A stretch of DNA of 64,000 nt, taken from contig NIVC01002902.1 of assembly GCA_002269645.1 (NCBI GenBank), positions 1 to 64,000 on the forward strand, given 5' to 3'. A program made the position numbers and the translations under genes. The DNA comes from Macrostomum lignano (taxonomy: Eukaryota). This document shows positions 33,437-46,894 of this stretch, piece after piece; position 1 is the first letter of the stretch; each line of letters begins with the position of its first letter. Under the pieces are notes generated by a model. It was given only the letters and a program-made list of their open reading frames with translations. It searched no databases and was not told the DNA's origin.

Positions 33437-36400
33437 ATGGAGATTGAGTACGAGTATCTCCAGGCCGTACTATCAGGAAATCTAGTAGTTGTCGATGCCT
33501 TTATAACTGCTGGAGTTCCCGTGGACAAAATGTTCTACATCGGCAACAACTCTGGAGCCGCCCTTCATTTGGCCTCGTCAACTGGTCAAGTTGCAGTGGT
33601 CGACCGGCTTCTGAGAGCTCAAGCCGATATCAATCGACGTCAAGAAGCCGGCGCCACGCCGCTGTTCCTGGCCGCCGAGTTTGGGCACGCGAACGTCGCC
33701 AAGCTGCTGCTTCAAAACGGTGCAAATGCCGACCTGCCGCGCTGGGACTCAGGCGACGCGCCGCTGCATATCGCATGCGACAAGGGCCACACGGCGGTAG
33801 TAGATCGACTCATTGCCGCTGGAGCCGACCTCAATCCTGTACAGGAGGCAGGCTGCACCCCCATCTACATGGCAGCGCAAAATGGCCACTCCAAGATTGT
33901 CGCTCGGCTGCTCAGAGCCGGAGTCGACCTTGACTGGCGTTGTCTAACCAACGGGAATTCTGCTCTGCTCGCAGCCACTCAGGAAGGTCACGCTCGCGTT
34001 GTCGCTAGCCTTATTCAAGCGGCAGCCAACGTGAATCTTACTAACAAAAAAGGTGAAACAGCGTTGCACTTTGCTGCTCAAAATGGACAACTCAAGATTA
34101 CTCAGCTACTTCTCAAGAGCCGCGCCGATGCCAACGTCAAAGCAAGCAACGGCTGCGAACCGATTCACACCGCGGCTCAGAACGGAAATCTGGCAATAGT
34201 GCAAGCCCTGATCGCAGCCCAGGCGGACGTCAACACTGTCGAGGTGGATGGTGCGTCTCCAGTTTACATCGCCTCACAGAATGGCCATCAAAGAGTTATC
34301 AAAACTCTGATTGAATCGCAGGCTAACATTGATCATCAGCGCAATGACGGCGTGTCAACGATTTACATTGCCGCTCAAGAGGGTCACAGCGAAGTGGCCA
34401 GGCTGCTAGTGCGCTCTGGAGCAGCAAAAGTGGATGCACAAACTAGGACAGGAGAGACTCCACTGCACATTACTGCTCAGCGAGGCGACCAAGCGACTCT
34501 ATACGAGCTTCTTCAAGCAGCTCAAGGCAGTCCAGTGAATTCGAAGCAGAACGATGGTTGCTCGCCGATTTTTCTGGCAGCGCAGTTCGGTCATTGGAAA
34601 GCCATTGAGCGTCTTATTCACGCTGGTGCCGATGTCAACACGACAAGAGCGACTACAGGACAGACACCTCTGCACGCCGCAGCTGAGAATGGACATCCAG
34701 AAGCGACTAAATCGCTGGTCCGATGCTTTGCTGATGTCACTGCAACAGACAGGGATGGCCAGACACCTTTAAACTTGGCTAGAAAATTTAAGCACAAAAC
34801 AGTTGCTGAACTTCTTGAGAAGGCCCTATCTGACAGGGATAATTCAGAAGATGCTGGGACTGTGAAAGACGAGCCGATGCCGTCACAAGTTGATAAAAGC
34901 AGCTCCAGCTTGAGGTAATATAACTTCAATAAAGCCGCACAGTAAATATCCTTTACTCTGAAAATTCACATTAAGTTTCACTTTCAATTTCTCGTACGTA
35001 TTTCAGCGAAGAAGAATTCAGTCAGCAACTGCACAGTTCCCTCCAGCAGGCTGGCTTTGAGCAGACCCGAGCTGCCCTTCAGAGCTCGTGTGCAGACGTC
35101 CTGCAGCGCATACTAAGACAACGCCTACGCAGCGAAGAAGTTTTTGTTGTTGGCAGCTACTCGGAAGGCTGGGGAAACAGCCTCAGCCATTTGGATGGCA
35201 GAACGGACCCAGAATCCGACATAGACGTGATGCAGCTCATACCAGGAAGGATTTATCACCTGAAAGATGTCTGCAGGTGCACTGATCCTGACTCTGAACT
35301 AGTTGTGGAATATGACAACGGTCATATAATCTGTAAAGGATATGGTAAGCATATTTTTATTTCTCTAATCTCGAAACTCTAAAGCTCGAAGTTATAATAG
35401 TCTTCAGTAATTTACCAACCTCAATCAGCTTCCAGCCCAGCCCGGCCAGAGAACGGTTCGACTCTCCGACCCGCCGTGGACCGCGTGAGCGCCTGTCGCC
35501 TCTGCTGCTATCCTCCAATCGGGCCGCTGCAGCCTCATCGACTGGCCAAATCCAGCATCCCACAACCGGTGCTACAGTCTCTCACAAGCGAGCTCGAAGC
35601 CTTGCCCTGTCACGTGGTTCACGCGGCACCTCCTGGACAAGCCGGCAAGCAGCTCCGAGTGAGCACCACCTTCTTAGAGAGACGCCTGCTACGGAGTCTC
35701 ACGAATCTGCAGGGCGAGCTGTTCATCACGCTCAAGTTTCTGGTCAAGAAGGTGATCGGTCGCAGAGTTCACGGTCTGAAGGCGTATCACGCAAAGACGG
35801 TCACGTTCCGAATGCTTGAAGAGACACCAGAAGAGCAGTGGAAGCCGGAGAACCTTATGACACTCATCCGTCGATCGGTGCAGATGCTGTTGGACAGTGT
35901 CGAGACGAGTCGTTCCGCTGACAATACAGATGGCCGAATAATGGAGCATTTCTTCTTGAGCGATGCAGCTTTGTATCTGAAGGGTGCCGATCGCAGCAGT
36001 TTTGAAGAGATCGTGCAAGTTCTTCGAGACGTGATCGACCACTTGCCCCAGCTTCTGATGAGCTTCAAAAACAGCCTGTACCAAATTGGGTCAAACAATT
36101 TGTTTCATTTTCACCCATTTCTTATTCTCCCAGAGATCGATCCAAAGTTTTCAACAGGGCTGCACTTCCGCGATTATTACAGCATCTATGACATCGTAAG
36201 AGATTCGTTTGAATCTCTGGTCGTGCCTGACTTTAGCCGTGAATTCGAAGCCTCCCTGGTGAAGAAGATTGGCAGGTTGCCAGACTGTGCTAGATCAGCT
36301 CGCGAGAGCCTCAGGGCCCTGGTCTGCCTGAAATTTAACGATACAGTTGCCGCCTCTGATGTTTTGTTGGACTGCAACGGTCACATAGTAAGCAGAGGCA

Positions 36401-36864
36401 TTAAGGAATTTGCTTCTAGACCCGCAGAAGGGTCAGGGGAGTCGGCAGTATTCAACCAGCTATGCAACAGCGACCTAGCCTGGAGATTCAGCTTCATGTT
36501 CCTAAACCGGCCGGATCTATCCAGCCTCTTACCGGATCATCTGGCCACCTGGTTTCCCCTGCGAATGGAGAACTACGACGCGTACTACTATATAAGCTTT
36601 GATTGCCTGCTGCTTTGTCTGAGTTGCGAGCTGCGAGTCAAAAGCGCCGAGGCTCAGAACGCTTGGCTTCTGGGTTTGCTTCTGCGCGACGAAGCAGACA
36701 TTCAGGAACTGCTCACTGCCATGCGATACTGCTCAGATCACAGTCTGGCTCTATCGGTGATTAGAAAATTTCAAACAAGCATTCAAAGCCACGAGCTAAC
36801 GTCTAAAGAACTGATAAGATTTCAACAGGAGCGTCTTCTAGCTGATTTACCACAGGCCTTCTAG
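33437..36864 (+). CDS. Ankyrin-repeat (about 13) - Mab-21/cGAS-like nucleotidyltransferase fusion (cGLR-like), 1083 aa, copy B
   Basis: Exons 33437-34914, 35007-35344 and 35429-36864; GT-AG introns of 92 nt (phase 2) and 84 nt (phase 1); 3252 nt in frame. Same GSYSEG...SDIDV and AVDRVSA motifs as copy A. Confidence 0.9.
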
Positions 36865-36971
36865 AAGTTTGATAATTTGCTTTTTTACTTTCTACAACAT
36901 CTTGCGCAACGCTTTGTACTTCGGTTAGTAGTTCGTAACAAACATAATGCCCGAAGTTAAATTTGTGTCCC

Positions 36972-37290
36972 ATAATAATACAATAATAATAATTGATTAC
37001 ACTTGTCCTCGTGGCCAGATTTGCAACCGACAGCTCAGCCGCAGCTATTTCGCGGCGCATCTGAAGGCTGCGTACAGCTGTTCAGTCCAAGGACTGGGGG
37101 GTGGCCAGTCCACACACCCTCAATTACCCCAGCTTATGCTGGCACCCATTTTACAGCTGGGGAACTGAAGCAATGCAGAGTTGAGTGTCTTGCTCAAATG
37201 GAACACCAATTGCTACGACTGGGTCAAAAATCGAACCCCGACCTTTCATTCGTGAGTCCGATGCTCCAACCACTAGGCTAAAACCCACGC
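36972..37290 (-). mobile_element. tRNA-derived SINE with CORE-like central domain and (ATT)n tail
   Basis: Reverse-complement homolog of 55835-56100; A box TAGCCTAGTGG and B box GGTTCGATT on the minus strand. Confidence 0.8.
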
Positions 37291-38787
37291 CTCCTCGTGC
37301 CGCATGAATATTTTTAGATTCAAATACCATCTACTACATCATGCTTCTCTAAAATACAAAAGAAAATTTATTTCAACTGAATCAACTGAAACAAGGAGGA
37401 GCTTTCTAAGAAATGGCAGTCGTAACAGTGCTGCTCCTGCTGCCGCTTCTCTAGATATAAAAAGTCCAACAAGAAAGAAGCAGCCCTTGCCTTTATCTAG
37501 TTTTCTTTTTTTTTTATTCTGTCTCTCAGACTCCCTGCAGCGGCGTTGCAGAGCAGTGAAGGGACAGGCGGAGGCTTCTTGAGAGAAACTAAATCGGACT
37601 TCCATCAGAGAGAGCCTCGTCCTCAATTTTCTTGTCCTTCAGGACCAGTTTTAATCAATCAAGCAGAACAGCTGCCCCCCGATGCACCCTCACCCACTGC
37701 TGCAGCATAAGTGAGGAGCGTTGAGAGCTGAGCTGAGAATGCGGTGTGAGCACACGCGATGGTCAGTGCAGTCAAGCCCTAGCCTCAACTCCAGCAGCCA
37801 GATGCAAGTGCAGCTGCCGCATCATAATCCATCATCATTTTGTTAATGCGACAACAGCAACCCCAGCTAATCCCCCCAGCCGAACACCAAAGCCCCAGTA
37901 AAGGAAAGAAAGTGCGCTATTTGGCTTCATTTTGGTTCAAACAAATCAGCGCCAATGTGCAGTGTTAGTTTGGCTGAGCTGCGAGTGGAGCTCTGTATCT
38001 GGGGATGGGGATCAGTATGATGCTGCTGAGGTCTTAGCGGTCCTGTACTCTGTGTGTTTTATTCTTATAGGACACATTATCAATGATACTTGCTTTCTTG
38101 ATGTGAGTTTCCTGTCTCAAAGCAAGTTATATAATTCTTCTGTTTCATGGTATAATATTTGTCTGAAATTTTTCTTCATTTCCTTTGGCACTTCTTGTCC
38201 GCTCTCCTCATCATTCTTCTCCTTATCCTCCATCTCCTCCTCCTTCTCCTTCCCCTCCTTCTCCCCCACTCTGGCAACACTCTGGTAATCCGTTTTGAAT
38301 GACATTCCATAATGATTTTTCCCATGCAATAGCAATTTAAAAAAAACCTCAATAAAGGAATTTAAAAACTTTGGCCCTACAAGACTGAAAATTTCTTCAA
38401 AGCCTCACTCAGGTTACAACGGTGCCACAGAGAAGAGCAGTCCACAACAGCAGCGCTCAAAATACACACACTAAAGACCCGAGAAGTGTGACTGCTGCAA
38501 ACTCTGACTGAGCAGCAAATGGGGCAAAGCTGTTGCAGGGCTGCGCTTTTCACGCGCTCAGGTGCTGCTGCAGCCACACAGCTGCTGGGGTGGGGCGACG
38601 AAGCAGCAGGGCTTACGCAGTGGGCTCGTCTTCTGAGAGAGCGACTTCTCGCTTGAAGGAGTAACTGATAGAGAGTAAAACGTGCCTTATTGAACACGTG
38701 TCAGAACTCCTGTTACACAGATTGTGTCGGAGTAGAATTCTAGGATGTGGCTGTAGGTGGATAAGTATTCAGAACGATAGATACGAG

Positions 38788-39071
<284 letters not shown>

Positions 39072-39292
39072 TACACGTATCTACATATAGTCAACAAGCT
39101 GTTGAAACCCGCGGATTTTGAACCCGGGGAATTTCAATCCCTGGAACTATTTTTGCATGTACTTGTATGTCGTATTCTAAAATCTGGGGTCAAACTCAAA
39201 CAAAAACTTGTTAATAGTTAGGTTAGAATTAAACATAAAATAGAGTACATTCGTGAAAAATTAGGATTTGAGGCAAACATTTATATTGTTGG

Positions 39293-40470
39293 CTGGGGTG
39301 CTGCGAACAGGCAAACTCTGGCCTCTGCCTCTCCTTATGTCCCTTGGATCCTTAGAAACTTCGATCTTCTCTTCTGTTTCCTCTCCTCTCTCTCGTCTCT
39401 GTCTCTTCTCTCTCTCCTCTATCCCCTATTCTCTCGTCTATTCCCTCTCCCCTCTATTCTTTTATCCCTCCTCTCCTCCCTCCTCTCTACTCTGTACTCT
39501 CTCCTCTCTCTCCTTCTCCTCTCATCTCTTCTCTTCTTTCCTCTCTCCTCTCTCCTCTCTTCTATCGTCTCTTCCCTCACCTCTCTTCTCTCTCGTCTTT
39601 GCTCTCTTATCTATCTCTTCTTTCTCTTATTTTATCTTTTCTCTCTTCTCTCTTCTCATTCTTTCTGCATGTTCTCTCCTCTCTCTTTCCCTCTCTCTCT
39701 CCTCTCTCTCTCCCTCTCTCTCCTCTCATCTCTCTGCTCTCTCCTGTCCCATCTCTCTTTCTCCTCTAATCTCTCCCCTGTTTCCTCTACTCTCTCGTCC
39801 TTTCTCCTCTTTCCCCTGTCCTCTCGGTTCTCTCCCCTCCCCTCCTCTCTCCTCACTCACTTCTCTCTCCCTTGTCTCCCCTCTCATCTCTTATTTCTAT
39901 CCTTTTTTCTCTCCACTCTCCTCCCATCTCTCGTCTGTTCACTCTCGTCTCTGGTCTCTCATCTCCCCTCTCTCATCTGCCATCTTTACTCTCTTATACT
40001 CGTATGTTTTCTCACCTCTCTCATCTGTACTCTTCTCTTTCCCCTCTTTTGACTCCTCTCTTTCCTTTCTCCTTTTTTCCTTCTCTTCTCTTCCCTCTTC
40101 TATTCTTTCCCTCTCTTGTCTTCTCTCTTCTCTCTTCACTCTCCTCTCTCCTCTCATATATCGCGTTCACTCTCATCTTTGCTCTCTACCCCCTCTCTCT
40201 TCTGTCATCTTTACTCTCCACTCTCCTGTGTACTCTTCTCTTTCCCCTCTACTGAATCCTCTCTTCTTACTCCTCTTCTCTTCCCTCTTCTATACTCTCT
40301 CCCCTCTATTCTCTTCTCTTGTCTCTGCACTCTGCTCTCTCTTCCTTCATCTCTCATCTCTACTCTCTCATCTTTCCTTTCATCTCTCTCATCTCCACAA
40401 TCTCATCTATTTCCTCTCTCCTCTTCTTCCCTTTACTCCATCATCTCTCCTTTCTCCTCTCTTCTTTCTC

Positions 40471-40568
<98 letters not shown>

Positions 40569-40954
40569 TCTTATCTCATCTCTTCTCACTCCTCTCTACC
40601 TCTCTCCCCTCCTATCTCCTCTCTGTTCTCTATTCTCTTCTCACTCTTCTCTACTCTCCTCTCTCATCGATCCTCTGTCTCATCTCTCCCCTCTTCTCTC
40701 TTCCTCTTCTCTCCTCTACTCTTTCCTCTCCCTCCTGTCTCCCCTCCTCTCGCTTCCTCCTCCCATATTCTCTGCTCTCTCCTCGTCCTCACCCCACTCG
40801 TCTCTCCTGTTATCTTATATATTTTCTCTTACCCCCCTCTCGCCCTTCCTCTCTTTCTAATAGTCTATTCCTTTTCTTTTTCACTCTCATCTGGCCCGCA
40901 GCCATGAGTTGGATTCTTTATCTGGCCTTTGAGTAAAAAATCTACCGATCCCTG
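39293..40954 (-). mobile_element. hAT-like MITE with a 1.5-kb internal CT-rich tract
   Basis: End 40893-40954 is homologous to the reverse complement of 62549-62610; the other end GGGGTGCTGCGAAC resembles GGGGTCTGCAAAC. Confidence 0.6.
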
Positions 40955-42124
40955 CTTCGAAAGCCAGTTTGTGGGACGGTACTATCATGGTTATCATTTC
41001 TCATGCTTTAATCACGTCACCTTTCTGGCCAATTAGCAGCCCTGAGAGGAATTTGTGTATCTCCAGCTCCACCACCCAGTCTGCACTCTGCAGCAGTCTA
41101 ACAACCAAGGAAATACGCATTTCTTAGGAGTCATTTAAATTTTAAAGTTACCCTATGCGAAACTTAATGTTAAAAGCTTCATGGTGTAACTAATTGAGTA
41201 GTATTGCATTGTAATAAGTTATTCATTAATTTTTCGCTATTTTTACAAACCATCCCGCATCGCCTTGATTTGCCTGTTTGCCATCTACTGTTAAACTGCT
41301 GCAGACTTGTGTCTATACAGAGGACAGTGGTTTGAATCTCTCACTGAAACTGTCTCTCCTCTCCACGCCTCTCCACTCGCGCGGGGGTGCAGAGAAGGCT
41401 ATTAAAAAGTTATTCCAAAACACTGTACATTCGCTATGTACATTGAGCTCTATCGCCTGACCCTTCGTCTGGCTCTGGGGGAATGAGTGAGTGAGTGGCA
41501 CAAACACATAAAAAGCAGACAAACTTCACATGCTTACAGTTTCTTTTTCGGTTGAGTTACAGAGTTGAAACTTTATATTTAGATAGAGAATGAGTCAATG
41601 AAGAATTGTGTCAAGTTTGAAGTCAATCGCTTTACGTGGAGCAAACTTATGGCAGCTGAAAGTTAGCCAATTTTGAAACCCTTTTACACATCTGGGCCCA
41701 GATCGGTATCGGGAAAGAGAGGCAGGCGGGCGGAGGTTGGGGTGGTTGCTACGCTGAAAAAAACAGCCTAACTTTAAAAGTGCACAGCACCGCTCAGGAT
41801 TAACTTTGAGACTCGAAATTTTACATGATTGTGCCAAAATAGTTTAAGATTATCTGTGTCAAATTTGAAGAGAATCGGTAAAAGTGGAACGGCGCTATGG
41901 AGGATTTAGTGAAAAAATCGCGCATTTTGAGCAGTTTTTTGTACTTTTAGGTAGGAAGACTTGAGTCTAGGAAATTTAAAGGTAGCCTAAGACATTCTCC
42001 GTAGTAAGTTTAGGGTGGGTATAAAGTTTGGTGTCATTTGGTTGAGCGGTTTGGGAGTCCATAGCGATCAAAATTGTCCACACACAGACAGACAGACAGA
42101 GTTTTGATTTTTATAGGTAGACGA

Positions 42125-43750
42125 GTGGAACTCCTCCTTCGGAGGAGAAAGGGGAAGAACTCCCATCACCGGAATTCCATTCCCTGAATTATCCATCAAC
42201 TGAAATTCCATGTCTTGAATCCCATCTTCCAAATCGTCTCCAAATTCTTTACAAACCTTTTAAAGACCATAGCTCAAAGACTCTCACGTCTCTCATATCT
42301 CCTCTCTCTTCTATTCGCTATTATCGTGACTCTCTTCTCTCTCCTCTCTCTCATCTCATCTCTACCCCTACTCCCTTATTTATCTCTTCTCCCTCGTCTT
42401 TCGTTTGTACCCTCTCCTGTCTCTTGTCTCCTCTCTTCTCTCATATCTCTCCCTCTTCTCTCCTCTCTCATATGTCATCTCTCCTTACTTATCTATCGTC
42501 TCTCTTAACCCTCTCTCTCTTCTCTTTTCTCTCCTATCTGCTTCTCATTTCTCATATCTCATATACACTCTACTTTCTTGTCTCCCATCTTTCTTTCCTC
42601 CTTACCACTATCCCCTGTCTCTTCTCTTCTCTCTTTTCTATCCTCTCCATTCTCTCTTCTCTCCTCTCCTTTCTCCTTTCATCTTCTCCCCTCTCTTCTC
42701 TAATCTCTAATCTCTTCTCTCTTATGTTCTCGCTCATCTCTTTTCTCATCGCATCTCTCATCTCTCCTCTCCTCACTACTTTCCTTCTCTTAACTCTCTT
42801 ATCTCTGATCTTTCATTTCTTTCCTCTCTCCTCTCTCTCTTCTCCTCTCGCTTCTCTCTCTCCTCTCTCTCCTCTCATCTATACTACCTTATTTATATCT
42901 TCTCCCTGGTCTTTCGTCTCTACTCTCTCCTGTCTCATTTCTCCCCTCTTTTCTCCTCTCTTCTCTCTCCCCTCCTCTCTCATCTCTCATCCCTCATCTC
43001 ACTCCTTCTTTCTCCTCTACTCTCCCCTCTTTTATCCCCCTTCTCTTCTCTCCTCTCATCTCTCCTGTCTCCCTCTGCTATCTCATATCCCCTCTCTCAT
43101 TTCCTCTCTCCTCTTCTCTTCTTTCTCCCTTTTCATTCTCGCCTTACTCCCCTCTTCTCTCTCATCTCTAATCTCTCCTCTCTCATATCTAATCTCTTTT
43201 CTATCATCTCTATTCTCTTTTCTCTCTTCTCTGACTGAGTGAAGGTGCAAAGTCCATCGAAATCCTCTCCGTAAAACAGAAATACTTCTAAGTCCTCTTC
43301 GTTGAACAAAACTCCACCAAAAACCTCTTCATTGAACAGAACAGAACACAACACAATCAAAAGCCTCTCCGTGAAGCTGACAACCACTGAAGTCCTCTCC
43401 GTGAAACTGAAAACCATCGAAATCCTCTCAGTGAAACAGAAATCTATAAAATTTTTCTTTGGGAAACTGAAAGCCATCGAAATCGTCTCCGTGAAACAGA
43501 ACTTCATCAAATTCTTTTCATGAAACTGAATTCCATCAAAATCCTCTCCTTTCAACGTCAATCTATCAATATAATCTTCGTCAAGGTGCGATTAATCAAT
43601 TTTTAATCATAAAAATACCCGACATCTCCATGAAATTGCAGTCCATCAAAACTGCTCAATAGAGATCCAAAAGATGCTTTCCATACTTAAAAGTATTCAA
43701 GTTAAAGGCGTCAGTGGTTAGGGTTGGAGTTAGGGTTAGGGTTAGGGCTA
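42125..43750 (-). mobile_element. Second copy of the 11.4-kb repeat family: CT tract, 30-bp tandem repeat (43250-43540) and short (TTAGGG)n (43717-43748)
   Basis: Shared head sequence with 11379. The distal boundary is uncertain. Confidence 0.45.
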
Positions 43751-45499
43751 CCATAATTTCATCGTTCTTTCATTTCATTGCTATCTGTAGCCTCTACTGG
43801 GCATTCACTGTGTACACTGAGCCCTATCGCCGCCACCCCCAACACGGGGTGTTTTAATTGAATTGTACGCCAGAACACGTCTCAGAAAGTTAAAAGAATG
43901 ATTTTTTTCTTGAATGCTGTGCTTCTTGTTTTCATGTTTAAAGCAAGAAACTTATATCCCCGAACTCAGCGTTGCAAGCTCTTTCCAGCAATATAAGTCT
44001 CTCCTCTCAAAGTTTAAAAATCGAGGAACAGTTAGCGTTTGAAATTTCCCAATTTCCCGACTGCTTGCCTGAGAGGCTCGAAAGTTTGTTCATTGAATTT
44101 CACTGCCCAGCTAATACACAGGGCCGATAATAAAACCAATTGAATCTCGACACAGTATATCTGTTTACACTGTATAACTGCTATGTACACTCAGCCCAAG
44201 CCCAACCCCCCAGTCTGGGGGAATCATTAAATTGAACTTAACCCCCCAACACGCGGGGGGGGTTTATTTGCATTGAACGCAGAACACGCGCACCCACCAC
44301 CCCTCAATACACAGCGGCCCGCGGGCGGAGGTTGGGGTGGCTATTTTTACAAACTGGCTGCAGCCCCAGGCAGAGTGGCCAAAGAAGGTTATTGGGGGTT
44401 AAAAAAGCAGTTTTCTGCTTTTTTAGGGATGTTAAAATGTGAAAATTAAAAATTAAAATAGCCTAAAGCCTGCTCCGGAAAATTTGCAGTTTTCCCATAT
44501 AAGTTTCAACGCTGACTTGGCAGAATTGTAGGAGTTCACTTACTACATACAGACAGACAAACATCGCGTCAGTTTTAGTATTAGGAGATAGCTACTTAAT
44601 GCATACATAGGTGGAAGCCACACTGAAAAGTGCAGCTACTTTGGATTCCGCAAGCCTCTTTGCAGCTGCTGTGTGATTGGACAGGAACCGCGAGTCCCGG
44701 ACTGGAGGAAACTGGATTGGAAGGCGCGGGCATGGCATAGAAGCGGAGCAGACAGACGGGATAAAAGTGATCCCATCGCGGACGCCACGCCTCCCATTTC
44801 CAACTGCCTGAGCTGGCGTCACAGATCCCACTCCCAGCCGAGATCCCCAATGCCGAGAATGCGATTCCGGAGCTGCCCCAGTCTGACCTCACCTTGAAAG
44901 CGGCGCTGAGCGGCAGCTCCGGCGGAGCCAAGCAAAATAAGAGGCGAAGACAGAAATTCGGCATTGCGGATCTGTCTTTCTTTGCATTTGCTTTTTCTGC
45001 CGCAGCCTCACGACCCTGCCGCCAGTGACAATTTCCGCGGCGGCTCGGCTGCTTTCTACCTGATCCCTTCTCCCCGCCCCTCTACCTGCTGTTTCAGGAG
45101 GGTAGAAAGTGCAGCGCAGCAAGGAGAGACCGGCTGAAGGGAGTAGAAGAGAGCTCAATACGTGTCTCCGAGGCTGAGACTTTAGAAAGTCTTCAAGGAT
45201 TTCTGCTCTCGATAAGCCTCTGTCAAGAAGCTGTCGAGTGTAGCATCGTGTAAGTGGCTCTCGTCCAATTTGTTTGGCAAAGTGCGCAGCAAATGAATAT
45301 GCTTGGCAAGCCTGCCCACATTTCACTCTTTTTTGAGATTTTAGCATACAGACTTTTCTTAGATATAAACAGCTGCAACTCGTAGGTAGGGAATACAGGA
45401 TTAAGTGTAAGTCGTAGACTATTGTTAAGCGTAGAAATGCAGAAGTCATTGATGCTCGAAATATATCATCTGTAGGTCCTGTTCACCATAGGTAAATAG

Positions 45500-46022
45500 A
45501 GACATTCCCTGATCATAATAGACGTATTTTGTGGTTATTATTAGGCGTCCTTAGTTATTACATACAACCTTCATCACTAAGCGTCCTTAGATATTGCATA
45601 CATCCTTGATCATTAAGCGTCCTTAGTTATTACATACTTGTACATCCTTGATTATTAGGCGTCCTTAGTTATTAAATACAATCCTGATCATTAGGCGTCC
45701 TTAATATTACATACATCCTTGATTAGTAGGCATCATTGGATATTACATACATCCTTGATCACTAAGCATTATTTGTTAGTGTACACATCCTTGATCATAA
45801 GAATCCTTGGTTATTACATACATCCTTGATCATTAAGCATTATTTGTTAGTGTACACATCCTTGATCATAAGAATCCTTGGTTATTACATACATCATTGA
45901 CCATTAAGCATTATTTGTTAGTGTACACATCCTTGATCATTAGGCATTATTTGTTAATACATACGCCCTTAATCATTAAGCGTCATTAGTAAGTACATAC
46001 ATCCTTGATCATTAAGCATTCT
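45500..46022. repeat. About 37-bp degenerate tandem repeat (CCTTGATCATTAAGCGTCCTTAGTTATTACATACAT)
   Basis: Repeated CCTTGATCA cores. Confidence 0.85.
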
Positions 46023-46471
46023 TGGCCCCATAGCCCATATCAGTCATACTGCCCTATAGACTAACACACAGGGCAATCCATCCACTTCTGTAATAACAGA
46101 CTCCCTAGTTAAAAGTTACACTTTTCCCCATCCGGTGCTTGCGGCAGTCGAGGCCGCCATCAGGAAAGTGGGCGGGGCCTCGCTAATTTGATCTTCGCTA
46201 TGCGCAGTGCTCCGTGGTATCGAACTTCATCCTCCCTCTCTCTCTATTTGTAAGTGGGGCCAGAAACTGTGCCAAAGCGAGCGATTCTTTCTCTCCAAAT
46301 TTTCCCTCCGAAGTTCCAGATTTCAGACACTTACGCAGTCCCTCTAGATAGCTGGGAATGTTCAAACCGGATTCCCACAGACTCGTCCCGACTTGGCCCA
46401 CGGGAAATTTTTCAAAGAAAAGAGAAATAAACTTGCTTCTAGACGAAGCAGCAGTTGTCATTAGGAAGACA

Positions 46472-46503
<32 letters not shown>

Positions 46504-46894
46504 ACAACATAATCTTGGTGCGAACTGGGATCCGTGTTTCTCACACCCCCTTAGCATCAAGATGAGGCTGGGAAGCTGATTTCCTGGATAAGAAGATGAC
46601 GGAAATCTGACTCTCTCACTAAAGAAGGGATTGCGGCGCTAAAGAGGCTGAAGAGGCTTTCAGCTCCAAAAGATGCGTTATTGACAACATATCGGAATAT
46701 ATCTAATAAAGGGAAAAGTTCATATTCTCTTACTTTATGCTAAGAATAGCCTATTTGAAACGGTAGAACTTATTGCCTTAATACTTTGCATCCGTGAATT
46801 TAATCGTCTACTGTGTGTGAATCCATTGCCGTGTGAATCAAGGCCGTCAAGAAGGAAGTGAGCAAATCATTGCCCGTTTTGCTGACCACTTAGT

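Noticed and set aside
43717-43748. Telomere or chromosome fusion scar
   Set aside because: Only about 4-5 degenerate TTAGGG units within repeat-derived sequence.
44590-46560. Protein-coding exons in GC-rich ORFs (44596-45449, 46198-46560)
   Set aside because: No recognisable domain or consistent splice structure; possibly transposon remnants.
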